64,000 nucleotides of DNA, taken from the NCBI GenBank assembly GCA_019057475.1, contig DXJO01000038.1:32001-96000 (forward strand), given 5' to 3'. The notes below the pieces were generated by a model, which worked only from the letters and a program-made list of their open reading frames with translations, did no database searches and was not told where the DNA came from. The stretch is from Candidatus Thorarchaeota archaeon. Its GTDB lineage: Archaea; Asgardarchaeota; Thorarchaeia; Thorarchaeales; Thorarchaeaceae. Below, one piece after another: positions 19,121 through 29,084 of the stretch (its first letter is position 1; the number at the start of each line of letters is the position of its first letter). The translations under genes were made by a program, and so were the position numbers.

Positions 19121-19179
19121 AGGTCAATGACTTCACTGACGAGATCAGGGCGATAGGGCCGAACCCGATAAGACTCTGA
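19121..19179 (+). repeat. Third copy of the mvhD 3' end (VNDFTDEIRAIGPNPIRL-stop)
   Basis: Near-identical to 16953-17009 and to the end of copy 2. Confidence 0.9.
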
Positions 19180-19484
19180 ACTCTAGAAGTCAGCAATTGA
19201 TTCTTCGACATGCAGTTAGGGTTGAGATTCGAGAAATGTGGGCGGAGCGAAACTGCTCCACTCCACAGCTCTCTTTCAGTAATCCAATTCCGAACGCAGA
19301 TATCGTGGAACAGCTCAGCTGGGTTCGGACCACCTCTCCAATGAATACAGAGCTAACAGCTCACTCAGAATATAGTTGGAGTAGACTTGTCGGATACCCC
19401 CGTCAATGTATTCCGATAAGCTGCAATCCTTATCAGATGCCCTCGTAGTTTGTATACTAGCAGGTCTGCATAAGGGGCGCTCAC

Positions 19485-20513
19485 GTGAGAATCAAAGAGA
19501 AACTCTGGGATTTCTTCTTGAACAGAATCATGTTGCCACAGATGGAGAAACGGATGTACCCTGAGAGATCCTTGGTCGCCAGGCCTGATGCGGTACGTGC
19601 CGCCGCTCAATCACCTGTACGGTTCGGCTTTCATCCCGGGGCTTTCGACCTCGAACACATACGAAGGCTCATGAAACGGCAACCAGGAAGCACATCCATC
19701 TTACACTTGATGGTACGGAGAATGCGTAACTCTGTTCGGTCTATCTCGGTTATGCCTTCAATCATGCGGAACATTCAGTATTCACACTCTTCTTTGGATA
19801 GGAATCCAAAGAGTCCCAAGACTCGAGTTGATGACAAGTTCTTGGGCGAGCTGGAGAGCTATGCAAAAACCCTCGGCATCGGTGCCGTAGGATATACGAA
19901 ACTCCCTCGAAACCTGATATTCCGTGACTTGGCGGTCCTGTACGATAATGCGATTGTGCTCACCATGGAGATGAACGCAAAGAAGATTGACAGAGCACCA
20001 AGCGAAGAGACCCAGGCGATGATCTTTGAAACCTATGATAGCCTTGGAATCGCATCCAACAGGCTCGCAGACTTCCTTAGAGAGCGGGGCTATGCCGCCC
20101 AAGCAAGTCACCCCCTCGGAGGGCCTGTACTGTATCCGCCATTAGCAGAGTTGGCCGGCTTAGGGTGGCACGGAAGACACGGTCTGCTCATCACACCGGA
20201 ATTTGGCCCAAGGGTGAGACTCACTGCCATCTACGTTAACATTGAGAACTTGCCGACTGATACGGAAAACCGACACGCTTGGATTCAGGAGTTCTGTTCC
20301 ACTTGCGGCCTATGCGTTGATAACTGTCCTCCAAATGCGATTTTCTCAGAACCAATCGTACACGAGGGCAACTCGTTGACGCACATGGATGTAGAGAAGT
20401 GCCTTCCATACTTCGCAGAATACTATGGTTGCACGATTTGCATCAAGGTATGTCCTTTCAGCAAAGGGAGGTTCGAGCAAATCAAGAAGCGGTTCCATGA
20501 AGGTCGTTCTTGA
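19485..20513 (+). CDS. Reductive dehalogenase / epoxyqueuosine reductase-like cobalamin Fe-S protein
   Basis: LAELAGLGWHGRHGLLITPEFGPRVRL; CSTCGLCVDNCP and CTICIKVCP Fe-S motifs. Confidence 0.8.
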   Translation: MRIKEKLWDFFLNRIMLPQMEKRMYPERSLVARPDAVRAAAQSPVRFGFHPGAFDLEHIRRLMKRQPGSTSILHLMVRRMRNSVRSISVMPSIMRNIQYSHSSLDRNPKSPKTRVDDKFLGELESYAKTLGIGAVGYTKLPRNLIFRDLAVLYDNAIVLTMEMNAKKIDRAPSEETQAMIFETYDSLGIASNRLADFLRERGYAAQASHPLGGPVLYPPLAELAGLGWHGRHGLLITPEFGPRVRLTAIYVNIENLPTDTENRHAWIQEFCSTCGLCVDNCPPNAIFSEPIVHEGNSLTHMDVEKCLPYFAEYYGCTICIKVCPFSKGRFEQIKKRFHEGRS

Positions 20514-20568
20514 TGTGTGATCAATTCGCATGCGTGCTTGGGATTCACCTATAGGTATTCCAACAAGG

Positions 20569-20588
20569 TTATTAACGATAGTTAATGA
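20569..20588. promoter_or_regulatory. Palindromic operator upstream of the iron permease
   Basis: TTATTAAC-GATA-GTTAATGA inverted repeat about 15 bp before the FTR1 ORF. Confidence 0.5.
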
Positions 20589-20603
20589 TAACTATGTCGA
20601 GCT

Positions 20604-21500
20604 TTGATGATAGTTGCACCCATAATAATCTCATTGAGAGAAGGCATTGAGGCTGCTCTAGTTATTGCCATAATGATCGCCTACCTCCGTAGGTCGAATC
20701 AAAGAGATCTCACCCGATACGTCTTGGGTGGTGCAATCGCCGCCATTGTATCGAGTATGGCTATTGCCATATTGATGAGCATGCTGTGGGGTACATTTGA
20801 GGGCCCTCTACTTGCGGTGTTTGAGGGGACTGTAGTACTGATTGCTGCCTTGCTCCTCACAACGATGATTGTATGGATGTGGGGGGCAGGCTCCGGTGTT
20901 GCCGCTGAGATAGAAGACTCGATGAGTCAAAGAACGGCTCAGAACAGCGGCATTGGAGTAGCCCTCTTGGCATTTGCGCTCGTTCTACGCGAGGGGGTGG
21001 AACTAGTTCTGTTTGCGATGGCTCTAGCGATTCAGGACGGCCCCGAAACCTACCTTGGGGTGGCTATTGGGCTCACGCTTGCATTAGGTGTGGGGCTTGC
21101 AATTCATCAAGGATCCCTGAAGGTGAGCCTCAAGGCATTCTTCAACTGGACTTCTGTCCTTCTAGTGCTATTCGCTGCAGGAATGATGGCATATGGAATC
21201 CATGAGCTGCAGGAGGCAGGGCTGTTCCTGATTGGTCCTCTTGAGGTATGGAACATCAACCCTCCTCAGTTACCTGACGGAAGCTACCCGCTTCTTCATG
21301 AGAAAGGATTCATTGGTGCGATGTTCAAAGCCCTGTTTGGATACAACGGCAACCCCTCTGCGCTAGAAGTCATTGTGTATATCGGCTATCTTGTCGTGTT
21401 ATCGCTCTATTATCTCAGAAACAGAAGCGCGGGCGAAGGTGACACAAAGTCAGCATCTGATGGGAAAGACAATATCACTGTTGGCACTATATCCACATGA
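20604..21500 (+). CDS. FTR1/EfeU-family iron permease
   Basis: Two REGxE motifs (LREGIEA, LREGVEL), multiple TM helices, HELQEAG. Confidence 0.92.
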   Translation: MMIVAPIIISLREGIEAALVIAIMIAYLRRSNQRDLTRYVLGGAIAAIVSSMAIAILMSMLWGTFEGPLLAVFEGTVVLIAALLLTTMIVWMWGAGSGVAAEIEDSMSQRTAQNSGIGVALLAFALVLREGVELVLFAMALAIQDGPETYLGVAIGLTLALGVGLAIHQGSLKVSLKAFFNWTSVLLVLFAAGMMAYGIHELQEAGLFLIGPLEVWNINPPQLPDGSYPLLHEKGFIGAMFKALFGYNGNPSALEVIVYIGYLVVLSLYYLRNRSAGEGDTKSASDGKDNITVGTIST

Positions 21501-21613
21501 CACGAATATGTGCACCATTAGAAACGCCTTTTACAGCACTTAATTCACAAATCTCTACAGGGGGAAGATAGAAACGTGAGAAGATACATCAAGATAGAGG
21601 GGGCGCCGAATAA

Positions 21614-22432
21614 ATGGTAAAGACCCAGAAAGAACGACGAACACTAAAATCTCGAGTCCGTAGGCAACTGAAAGACAATAAACTATGCGAGATAGCGTTT
21701 GATGAATTGGAGAGCGACGTAGAAGTCCAGACTCTCCTAGAGGACTCTAACAGAATGGCAATTGACCGTTTAGGCTACTCCGATCACGGTCATACACACT
21801 CACTGATTGTCACCATGAATGGCATAAGGCTCCTCAAAGAACTCAACAAGGGGATTGAGCCAACAATAGCTCACGAGGCAACTGGGGATATCAAAGATGC
21901 AGAGCTTGTCGTGTTGCTCGGTTGCTATCTACATGACATCGGGATGGTCACAGGCCGAACCAACCATGACGAATTCTCGGTTGTGTTTGCACTTCCTATT
22001 CTCGACAGGATTCTGGCGAAGGTATACCCCGGCGATAGACGCAAGCAGGTTCACATCAGAGGACACGTAGCTCATGCTATCTATTGTCACGATAAGGTTG
22101 CAATTCCCACAACAGTTGAGGCTGGAATAGTCGGAATCGCAGATGCGCTGGACATGACGAAAGGTCGTGCACGAATTCCGTTTGAGGCGGGAAGTGTCAA
22201 CATTCATTCCGCATCTGCAATGGCAATCGAGAAGGTTCAGATTCGTCCGGGAACGGAGAAGACAGTTCGAATCGAGGTCACAATGAACAATGCGTCGGGC
22301 ATCTTCCAGATTCAAGAACTACTAGAGAAGAAAATCAGGAATGCAGCAGCTCTTGTTGACCACATAGAGCTCTATGCTGTTATGTCCCCCCACGAGAACA
22401 AAATCATCAAAGAGCCCCTGAAAGTCCTTTAG
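21614..22432 (+). CDS. HD-domain phosphohydrolase
   Basis: DHGHTH, YLHDIG, ADALDMTKGRARIP. Confidence 0.85.
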   Translation: MVKTQKERRTLKSRVRRQLKDNKLCEIAFDELESDVEVQTLLEDSNRMAIDRLGYSDHGHTHSLIVTMNGIRLLKELNKGIEPTIAHEATGDIKDAELVVLLGCYLHDIGMVTGRTNHDEFSVVFALPILDRILAKVYPGDRRKQVHIRGHVAHAIYCHDKVAIPTTVEAGIVGIADALDMTKGRARIPFEAGSVNIHSASAMAIEKVQIRPGTEKTVRIEVTMNNASGIFQIQELLEKKIRNAAALVDHIELYAVMSPHENKIIKEPLKVL

Positions 22433-22567
22433 GGTTTCTTTGGTTACAACTTGTCACTTTCGGACATAGTTCAGTGCGATTTCGTGCAAACAGTTAATAT
22501 ATATGAGCTAGAACGAACACGAAACCCTGACGCATATACCGGTCTGTCACATTCTGGAGATGATGCG

Positions 22568-23005
22568 ATGAAACTTGATCCTATTGACCAGCAGATTATC
22601 ACAATGTTGCAGAACGATGGGAGACGCTCCTACTCTGAGATAGCAGAAACAGTAGGACGCACAGAAGTTACGATTCGGCGTCGCGTTCGTAGACTTGTGG
22701 ATGAAGGGACTATCAAACGGTTTACAGTCGTTCTAGATCCGCTCAAGACTGGACATAAGATTCGCGCGATTATTCGTGTCAAGACAATGATGAAACAGGC
22801 CAGCTTGATTGCCGAGAAGGTGAAGGGGTACGAGGAGGTCGATGAGGCGTATTTCTTGGATGGAGCTTGTGGGCTTATGTTGAAAGTTACTGTTGATGAC
22901 CTTGGGGGACTGCGCAGATTCCTAGAGAAACAACTGGGCAGTGTTTCAGGTGTGGGTGAAGTGGAAACCTGCATCATTCTTGAAGACATCAAGACAATTA
23001 CCTAG
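22568..23005 (+). CDS. Lrp/AsnC transcriptional regulator
   Basis: LDPIDQQIITMLQNDGRRSYSEIAE HTH plus RAM domain. Confidence 0.92.
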   Translation: MKLDPIDQQIITMLQNDGRRSYSEIAETVGRTEVTIRRRVRRLVDEGTIKRFTVVLDPLKTGHKIRAIIRVKTMMKQASLIAEKVKGYEEVDEAYFLDGACGLMLKVTVDDLGGLRRFLEKQLGSVSGVGEVETCIILEDIKTIT

Positions 23006-23008
23006 ACT

Positions 23009-23452
23009 GTGAGGCTTCTAAAGGTGCAATACACACTGCATCTTCGAGACCGTGACTTGAGCTTGTTACACACTCATGCCGAGAATTGTCTGCCCCTTGA
23101 ATCAGTCGCACTTCTATTTGGCGTCATTGAAGACCATCTAGTGGTCGTTACGCGCATAGAGTGCGTCAGAAATGAGTCTGACAAAGCAGCAACGTCATTT
23201 TACGTCAATCCGGAAGAGGAGTATCAACTTCTGATGGATGCAGAGGCGCGAGGAGAGGAACTGGTCGGAATCTTCCACTCACATCCGGCGGCCCTAATGC
23301 CTTCATCCTCCGACCTTGACAACATGCGACTTAATCCAGTTGTCTGGTTGATAGCCTCGAAGACATCCGGAGCTTGGAGTAGCAAGGGGTTTGTCTTGGA
23401 TGATGCAATTGCAGTTGAAATTCCCATAATGATCATGGCAGATGTTAGCTAG
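23009..23452 (+). CDS. JAMM/MPN+ metalloprotease (desampylase-like)
   Basis: E...HSHP..PSSSD JAMM motif. Confidence 0.88.
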   Translation: MRLLKVQYTLHLRDRDLSLLHTHAENCLPLESVALLFGVIEDHLVVVTRIECVRNESDKAATSFYVNPEEEYQLLMDAEARGEELVGIFHSHPAALMPSSSDLDNMRLNPVVWLIASKTSGAWSSKGFVLDDAIAVEIPIMIMADVS

Positions 23453-23754
23453 CTCAATCCCCTTATCGTACCTGAGGTTTTCATAGGTTCGAACGATACA
23501 CGAGTGTTTCCAATTGAATTTATCATTACAGCAGAGGCTATCACTTTCTCGAGCGCAGCCGCATTGCACTGAAGAATCCCAGTTCCTTTCTTTGCGTCGT
23601 AGCTGTTCAAATAGAACTTGGAATCTGCTGCGCATATTTCGCCGTATAGCGAGAGCAAACTTGACCAAATAGCATTCGAGAACTGCTTCTCCGAGATCTC
23701 TGCACCATTCCTGTGCAGAGTGAACTGCAGATACCGCTTTCTAGTCTTTTTCAC
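23449..23754 (-). CDS. rnp2: RNase P protein Pop5 (Rpp14/Pop5)
   Basis: KRYL..LYGE..KTSGTI; directly downstream of Rpp30. Confidence 0.85.
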   Translation of the reverse strand: MKKTRKRYLQFTLHRNGAEISEKQFSNAIWSSLLSLYGEICAADSKFYLNSYDAKKGTGILQCNAAALEKVIASAVMINSIGNTRVSFEPMKTSGTIRGLS

Positions 23755-24442
23755 GATTACCCCCTCGCTTCACAATCTCAACCCCCGGACCTACAAACTC
23801 CGAACTCAGCTTTCTCTCATTACGCTCAACAATCCGCTGAGGGGTATTGAACACGGCCTCTCTCGAATCTACTCTATTCATGCCAAGCATGAAACCAATG
23901 TATGTCATGGCCATTGGAGATCTCATGTTGATTGGATGGCTTGCTCCGCTCGATAGCACAATCTTCATGCCTGCATCGAGAGCAATTCTTGTAGATTCTC
24001 TGAAGCCCTTGAGGACCCTTGATCTATTCAGTCCTGCGGACTGCAGAATGGCCGTAAACTGAATCTCCAAGGCAGTTCCTGAATGTTCAGCCATGTGGGC
24101 CGTGCTTTCCTTTAGTGTGCTGCCAATATTGTCCTCTCCCAGGGTAAGCAGGTCTACCCTACGGTCCTCAGCCGCCCAATTCGAGGTTTCCACACCAGCT
24201 AACGGAAATGCTACAATTACTGCACGTCTTCTTAGATTTCCCAGTTCCTTCTTCAAGGAATGTATGCGTTTGCCATCTAAGACGGCCCGAGCGTATAGGA
24301 CAAGTCCTTTCCTACTCACCACGACGGGTTCATCGAGATTAATCGAAGGTGCAATTCCAGTGATTCCAAGCCTACCTGCCATATCTTCGAATTCACCTAA
24401 CCTTTCTGAGCCGGGAATTCTCACATTCAGGTCTATTGGCAT
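23741..24442 (-). CDS. rnp3: RNase P protein Rpp30
   Basis: PHP-like fold, VDLL, LSSGA..MRSP; conserved context. Confidence 0.85.
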   Translation of the reverse strand: MPIDLNVRIPGSERLGEFEDMAGRLGITGIAPSINLDEPVVVSRKGLVLYARAVLDGKRIHSLKKELGNLRRRAVIVAFPLAGVETSNWAAEDRRVDLLTLGEDNIGSTLKESTAHMAEHSGTALEIQFTAILQSAGLNRSRVLKGFRESTRIALDAGMKIVLSSGASHPINMRSPMAMTYIGFMLGMNRVDSREAVFNTPQRIVERNERKLSSEFVGPGVEIVKRGGNREKD

Positions 24443-24462
24443 TAGAACTGTCCTCCAGAAAC

Positions 24463-24906
24463 CTACAGTTGGCTCCTCACCAGAGCGATTGCATCATCAA
24501 GAACACACCTAGGATACTGTCTTAGATATACTTTGACACCGACAATGTCAGGGCCTCGGGCTAGAGTGATCCGTTCCAAGAAGGCTTCCTGCTTGTCAAG
24601 CCTGAGAAAGAGCACGCACCGTTCGCTAATGCGTTTATGCAATGTTCTGCCAATTTCGAGTCTGTCTTCTTGAGGGAACGCCTTCATTAGATAGTCAAAT
24701 GTGAGCTTACAGTCCTTCTTCCGATTCAGAACCGCAGAAACAATGACAATCGGGACTTGGTTGTGACTCTGCGTCTTGTTCATCTCTATTTTCAGGTCCT
24801 GACGAATCTCCTCCGCGTAAACATTCGTCACAGCAGCCCTTACTCTATCTATACTCTCAGTTGCATGCGAGTAGGCCCGCGCTTCTATTCGGCTAATGAA
24901 TGGCAT
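24463..24906 (-). CDS. Exosome-associated RNA-binding protein (COG1325 type)
   Basis: HATES..RV and LFLRLDKQEAF motifs; located between L15e and Rpp30. Confidence 0.8.
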   Translation of the reverse strand: MPFISRIEARAYSHATESIDRVRAAVTNVYAEEIRQDLKIEMNKTQSHNQVPIVIVSAVLNRKKDCKLTFDYLMKAFPQEDRLEIGRTLHKRISERCVLFLRLDKQEAFLERITLARGPDIVGVKVYLRQYPRCVLDDAIALVRSQL

Positions 24907-24935
24907 GTTAGACCCCGTCAGAGGATTTTCATCAA

Positions 24936-25517
24936 CTACTTACCTACGTTACCCTTTGCACCAAGAGACGGCCTGATTTTCTCGGCACCTTTGCCCTTCT
25001 TCCTCAAGCCTCTACTTCTCTTACCGGCTGAAGTGAGTCCGCGATTTTCACGTCCCTTTTGAGTAACGTCACAGATCCAGTTGATTTGCGGATCATTATA
25101 GATGACAGGATGATTTGGATCCACCATGATTACTTCATGCCAGACCCACTTATGATCCGAACCGACCCAATACGAGTTGAGCACACGAAGGTTTGGAAGC
25201 TTCCGACCAGCCCGCTCTTCAGCAATCCACCGCCGTGATTTTTGAGGTGTGTATTTGACCACACCCATACTCCTGGGTTTCCTGCCCATTTTGGGTCTTG
25301 GCTTCTCACGCGGTCCTCTGCCAGTCATGACTCTGACAACCACATAACCTTGCTTTGCCTTGTAACCCAAATTGCGCGCCCTTCCAAGCCTCGTTGGTCG
25401 CTTGAGTCTTACAATTCTACCTTGTTTTCTCCAGATCATCAATCTGCTTCTAACAATCTCGGAGCGCTCTTTCTGCTCGTTAATCCAGGCTACATTCATG
25501 TGTCTATAAGCCGACAT
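24936..25517 (-). CDS. rpl15e: 50S ribosomal protein L15e
   Basis: [35 protein letters not shown]. Confidence 0.97.
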   Translation of the reverse strand: MSAYRHMNVAWINEQKERSEIVRSRLMIWRKQGRIVRLKRPTRLGRARNLGYKAKQGYVVVRVMTGRGPREKPRPKMGRKPRSMGVVKYTPQKSRRWIAEERAGRKLPNLRVLNSYWVGSDHKWVWHEVIMVDPNHPVIYNDPQINWICDVTQKGRENRGLTSAGKRSRGLRKKGKGAEKIRPSLGAKGNVGK

Positions 25518-25556
25518 TTCAATTGCCTTCCTTTGCAGTGATTAAATTCGCTTTGT

Positions 25557-25608
25557 TTGTGGTTCAGCCCTAATGGGCCACATCCCTTGCGGACGTATCC
25601 GCCAACAC
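25557..25608 (-). promoter_or_regulatory. Structured 5' leader of rpl15e (K-turn-like)
   Basis: GCGGA-UACG-UCCGC hairpin, then AGGGAUGUG-GCCC-auua-GGGC-UGAACCACAA. Confidence 0.5.
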
Positions 25609-25694
25609 AAAGGAACGGTTTGGCCTGACCAAGCATTCTTGGTCTAAGCCAATCCCTGTCCATTGATATTCGCTTAAAGAGTTAGCGATGCAAC

Positions 25695-26612
25695 TTACTT
25701 GAACTCGTTGATGACCTTCTCAGCGGTCAGCTCGCCGACCCTTACTTGCGCCTCTTTAGTAGATGACGCGAGGTGTGGCGTTGCGACTAATCTCGGGTGT
25801 TTTACGAGTTTCCAGTCGGTTGGTGGTTCAGCAGTGTAAACATCAAGAGCAGCGCCAGCTATCAGTCCCTCGTCAAGCGCTCTTAGGAGTGCTGCTTCGT
25901 CAACGACACCCCCACGAGCTGTGTTTATCACATACGCAGTCTTCTTCATGCGCTTGAACTGATCATCACCAATCATACCCTTGGTTTCCGGTGACATGGG
26001 CACATTCATTGTGAGATAGTCTGCTTGCTCAATCATTTCGTCAAGCTCTACCTGTGTAGCGCCCAGTTTCTTTGCCTCCTCCTCTCTGCCAGGCCTGTCT
26101 TTCTTGACAATCATGACCTCCATGTCGAAGGCCTTGCCGCGTTTGATAATCTCCTTACCAATTCGTCCGAAGCCAATCACACCAAGCTTCTTCTGCCAGA
26201 GTTCGGTGCCCTTGAGCTTCTTCTTCTCCCACCTCTCATCCTTCATGGAGCTGTCCGCCACGGGAACTTTCCTAGCAAGAGCGAACATCAGAGCAAAGAC
26301 CATCTCAGCCACAGACACGGATGGAGCCTCTGGTGTGTTCATCACCTTCACTCCGTGCGTCTTAGCAGCTTCTTGGTCCACATTATCCAGGCCAACCCCT
26401 GCTCTAACAATCAGTTTTAGATTATCAGCAGCGGCTATGACGTCCTTTGTCATCTTTGTAGCACTTCGGATAACAACACAATCAAACCCTTTGATCTGCT
26501 CCTCAATGGGACCATCCTTTTCCTTGTTTCTGAGAACAATCTCAAGACCTGCATCTTTCATTTTCTGCACAGCTGATTCTGCTAATGCATCTGCAATAAG
26601 TATTCGAGCCAT
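25695..26612 (-). CDS. D-isomer 2-hydroxyacid dehydrogenase (phosphoglycerate dehydrogenase-like, no ACT domain)
   Basis: RAGVGLDNVD, GVIGFGRIG, INTARGGVVDE, TPHLASST. Confidence 0.9.
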   Translation of the reverse strand: MARILIADALAESAVQKMKDAGLEIVLRNKEKDGPIEEQIKGFDCVVIRSATKMTKDVIAAADNLKLIVRAGVGLDNVDQEAAKTHGVKVMNTPEAPSVSVAEMVFALMFALARKVPVADSSMKDERWEKKKLKGTELWQKKLGVIGFGRIGKEIIKRGKAFDMEVMIVKKDRPGREEEAKKLGATQVELDEMIEQADYLTMNVPMSPETKGMIGDDQFKRMKKTAYVINTARGGVVDEAALLRALDEGLIAGAALDVYTAEPPTDWKLVKHPRLVATPHLASSTKEAQVRVGELTAEKVINEFK

Positions 26613-26705
26613 CGTTGAAACCTCTCAATCTGACGACGCGCCAAGTCAACCCATTGCCATCTTAAACTTGACGACTCCAATATTTTCTTAAGTCTGGGCG
26701 CCGTT

Positions 26706-27251
26706 TTGAGGATTATGAAGCGCGAGTTGAAGCCTTCCACGGCATTAGTTCCTTGTCCTGTTGTCCTCCTTAGTGTCACGGGAGAGGAAAAACCCAACAT
26801 AATCACGCTCTCTTGGGCTGCAAATGTATGTAGCAAGCCACCCACAATTGCAGTTGGCATAAGGCAAAATCGTTACAGCCACAAGATGGTGCAAGAAGCT
26901 GGTGACTTCGTCTTGAACATACCCTCAGCCAAGCAGATTGAGGCGACTGTGTTCTCCGGCACGAAGTCAGGCCGTGAATTTGACAAGTTTGCAGAGTGTG
27001 GATTCACAGCTGCAAAAGCATCCAAAGTAACATCACCAATGATAGAGGAGTGCCCAATCAACATAGAATGCAAGACAACGCAGATAGTTGGACTTGGATC
27101 TCATGATTTGTTCATTGCCGAAGTTGTTGCGGTACATATAGACGAATCAGTACTAGGAGAGAAAGGGCGTCTGGATCCTTCAAAGGCACGCTTTTTCACC
27201 TATCTACCACTGATAGGCAAGTACTGGACATTGGGAGAACAACTGCCCTAG
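26706..27251 (+). CDS. Flavin reductase-like (flavoredoxin) protein
   Basis: PCPVVL, SGREFDKF, ECPINIEC, GSHDLFIAEV. Confidence 0.9.
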   Translation: MRIMKRELKPSTALVPCPVVLLSVTGEEKPNIITLSWAANVCSKPPTIAVGIRQNRYSHKMVQEAGDFVLNIPSAKQIEATVFSGTKSGREFDKFAECGFTAAKASKVTSPMIEECPINIECKTTQIVGLGSHDLFIAEVVAVHIDESVLGEKGRLDPSKARFFTYLPLIGKYWTLGEQLP

Positions 27252-27517
27252 ACCGCTTCAACCTCTAGCTCTATTTCCGCCTCTGATTCTTCGCACGATT
27301 CAGAAGAAACGTAGGCACCAAAGGGAATGTGACTATGGGCGAGGAATATATCGAATGTTATTCCCGCGAGAAAACTCCAAGAAAAAAATGATTCAATCGA
27401 TGCTGTACAAGTCTGCCATGCACTCCATCCATCTGAGCCAGGCGTCTCCTGCTTCATGGTGGAGTTCCAGCTCATTCAGATTCGGAGCAATTTACGTGGA
27501 ATTGTTGTTCCCAGACA

Positions 27518-28660
27518 TCAGCTAAGTATTGCCTCCAGATAATAGAGCAACATCTGATTTAGAAAGAATGTAACCAGTATCAGTGCTAGAGCACCAACAG
27601 CTTTCAACATCAGTGTGAGATCCGAAGGCCATGTCTTCATTTTCTGGACTTGCTCGAATAATTGGGTCAACTGCAGACTCACAAGTGTCAGCTGTTGAGA
27701 CGGAGGATCATTCTTCATTGGCGAAGTTGCCAAGTACCTCCTGATATCAGAGAGCACTGTATTGACCTCGTTGCTGACTTCCCCTAGGTGTTTCCTCTTC
27801 TCCTCATCGAGCACCTTGTGAATATAATATTGAGGAGCAAGAAAGAACACGCAGATCGTTCCCACAGCCATGATGAGTCCTAACGCGGGTATGAAAGCTG
27901 TTAACGGGTTCGCTTGACCCACTGTATGAACAACATAGACAAGAAGCGGCATTATCAACAGCAGCAGCGTGGAATACATGAACACACCTTGGAGGAGCAC
28001 TTCAGAGAAGGTAACAAGTCCGCCGGCTCGATCGGGTGATATTGGTTCCACGGAGATTTTCAAAGTTCTCCCAATCTCTTTTGAAACCGAAATAATTACG
28101 AGGCCTATCCAGATTGCTATTCCAAACATTGGCAGCATGACCAGGCTGAACTCCACAATTGCAAGGTACAACCATGGAAACGAGAATGGAGGAAAGGGAA
28201 GAAGACCGTTAGGCATGGTCGGCATGACAAAGAGAAAAATCGAAGCGATCGCGAGAATGACGAAAGGTATCCCGGGCAAAATACCCCTTGGGCTGCTCAA
28301 CCGTTTGAATATACCATTGAGATATTCTTCGAATTCATCATCCTCAATCACAAAGACATACCTAATCTCTCTAATTTTCATCTCTAATGTCCTGTAGTAG
28401 CTATCTAGGAAATACAGACCCACTGCTATAATCAATGAAAAATCCAACTGGGCAAGATGGATAAACGAGAAGAATATGTCTGCCAGATTTCCTGTAGATG
28501 CAGCCACTACCAAGAAGATTAGGTACGTTGTAGCCCAGACCACCAAGATAGATTGTCTGAGTGTAAATGGGCCCTTCGAAAGAACCGCAATTATTGGGTG
28601 CGCTCTATTTTGATTCACAGACGACCCCAATTGCACACGATTCCGCTCCCGGATATTCAT
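27518..28660 (-). CDS. Multi-pass membrane protein of unknown function
   Basis: About 7-8 hydrophobic segments, PDRAGGL loop. Confidence 0.7.
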   Translation of the reverse strand: MNIRERNRVQLGSSVNQNRAHPIIAVLSKGPFTLRQSILVVWATTYLIFLVVAASTGNLADIFFSFIHLAQLDFSLIIAVGLYFLDSYYRTLEMKIREIRYVFVIEDDEFEEYLNGIFKRLSSPRGILPGIPFVILAIASIFLFVMPTMPNGLLPFPPFSFPWLYLAIVEFSLVMLPMFGIAIWIGLVIISVSKEIGRTLKISVEPISPDRAGGLVTFSEVLLQGVFMYSTLLLLIMPLLVYVVHTVGQANPLTAFIPALGLIMAVGTICVFFLAPQYYIHKVLDEEKRKHLGEVSNEVNTVLSDIRRYLATSPMKNDPPSQQLTLVSLQLTQLFEQVQKMKTWPSDLTLMLKAVGALALILVTFFLNQMLLYYLEAILS

Positions 28661-29084
28661 TGATACCGCCCCTTTTGTATCTCACGTTCCATGGTAGTTG
28701 GCCAGTGAAATCGTGTCACATGCCCAGAATCCACCTCAAGTGTATTCGGAAAGGCGAAGAAAAGTACTACGAGCAAGCTGTTTCTATAAACAAATGGCCA
28801 ATATAATAAAAATACTAAACGCTACCTTTTCTTGAGAAACACTACGGCAATGATGACGATTGGCAGCATGAAGAAGGCAACCCTGGAGAGGGGCCAGGAT
28901 TGAATCCACTACATAGGGCAAGTGATTTATTACAAAGATGGCGTATTGTTATTTCGCGTTTTGGATTCATGAAAAGCCTCAAGTTCTTGGACGGCATTCG
29001 CTGCCAGTAGAAACCTAGTATCAGTCGAAACAAGCCATGTCAATCCAATGATAGATTATAGCGAAGCACAATTAATGGTCCAGG

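Noticed and set aside
27248-27500. Short minus-strand ORFs or a possible gene remnant
   Set aside because: No recognisable homology or start signals
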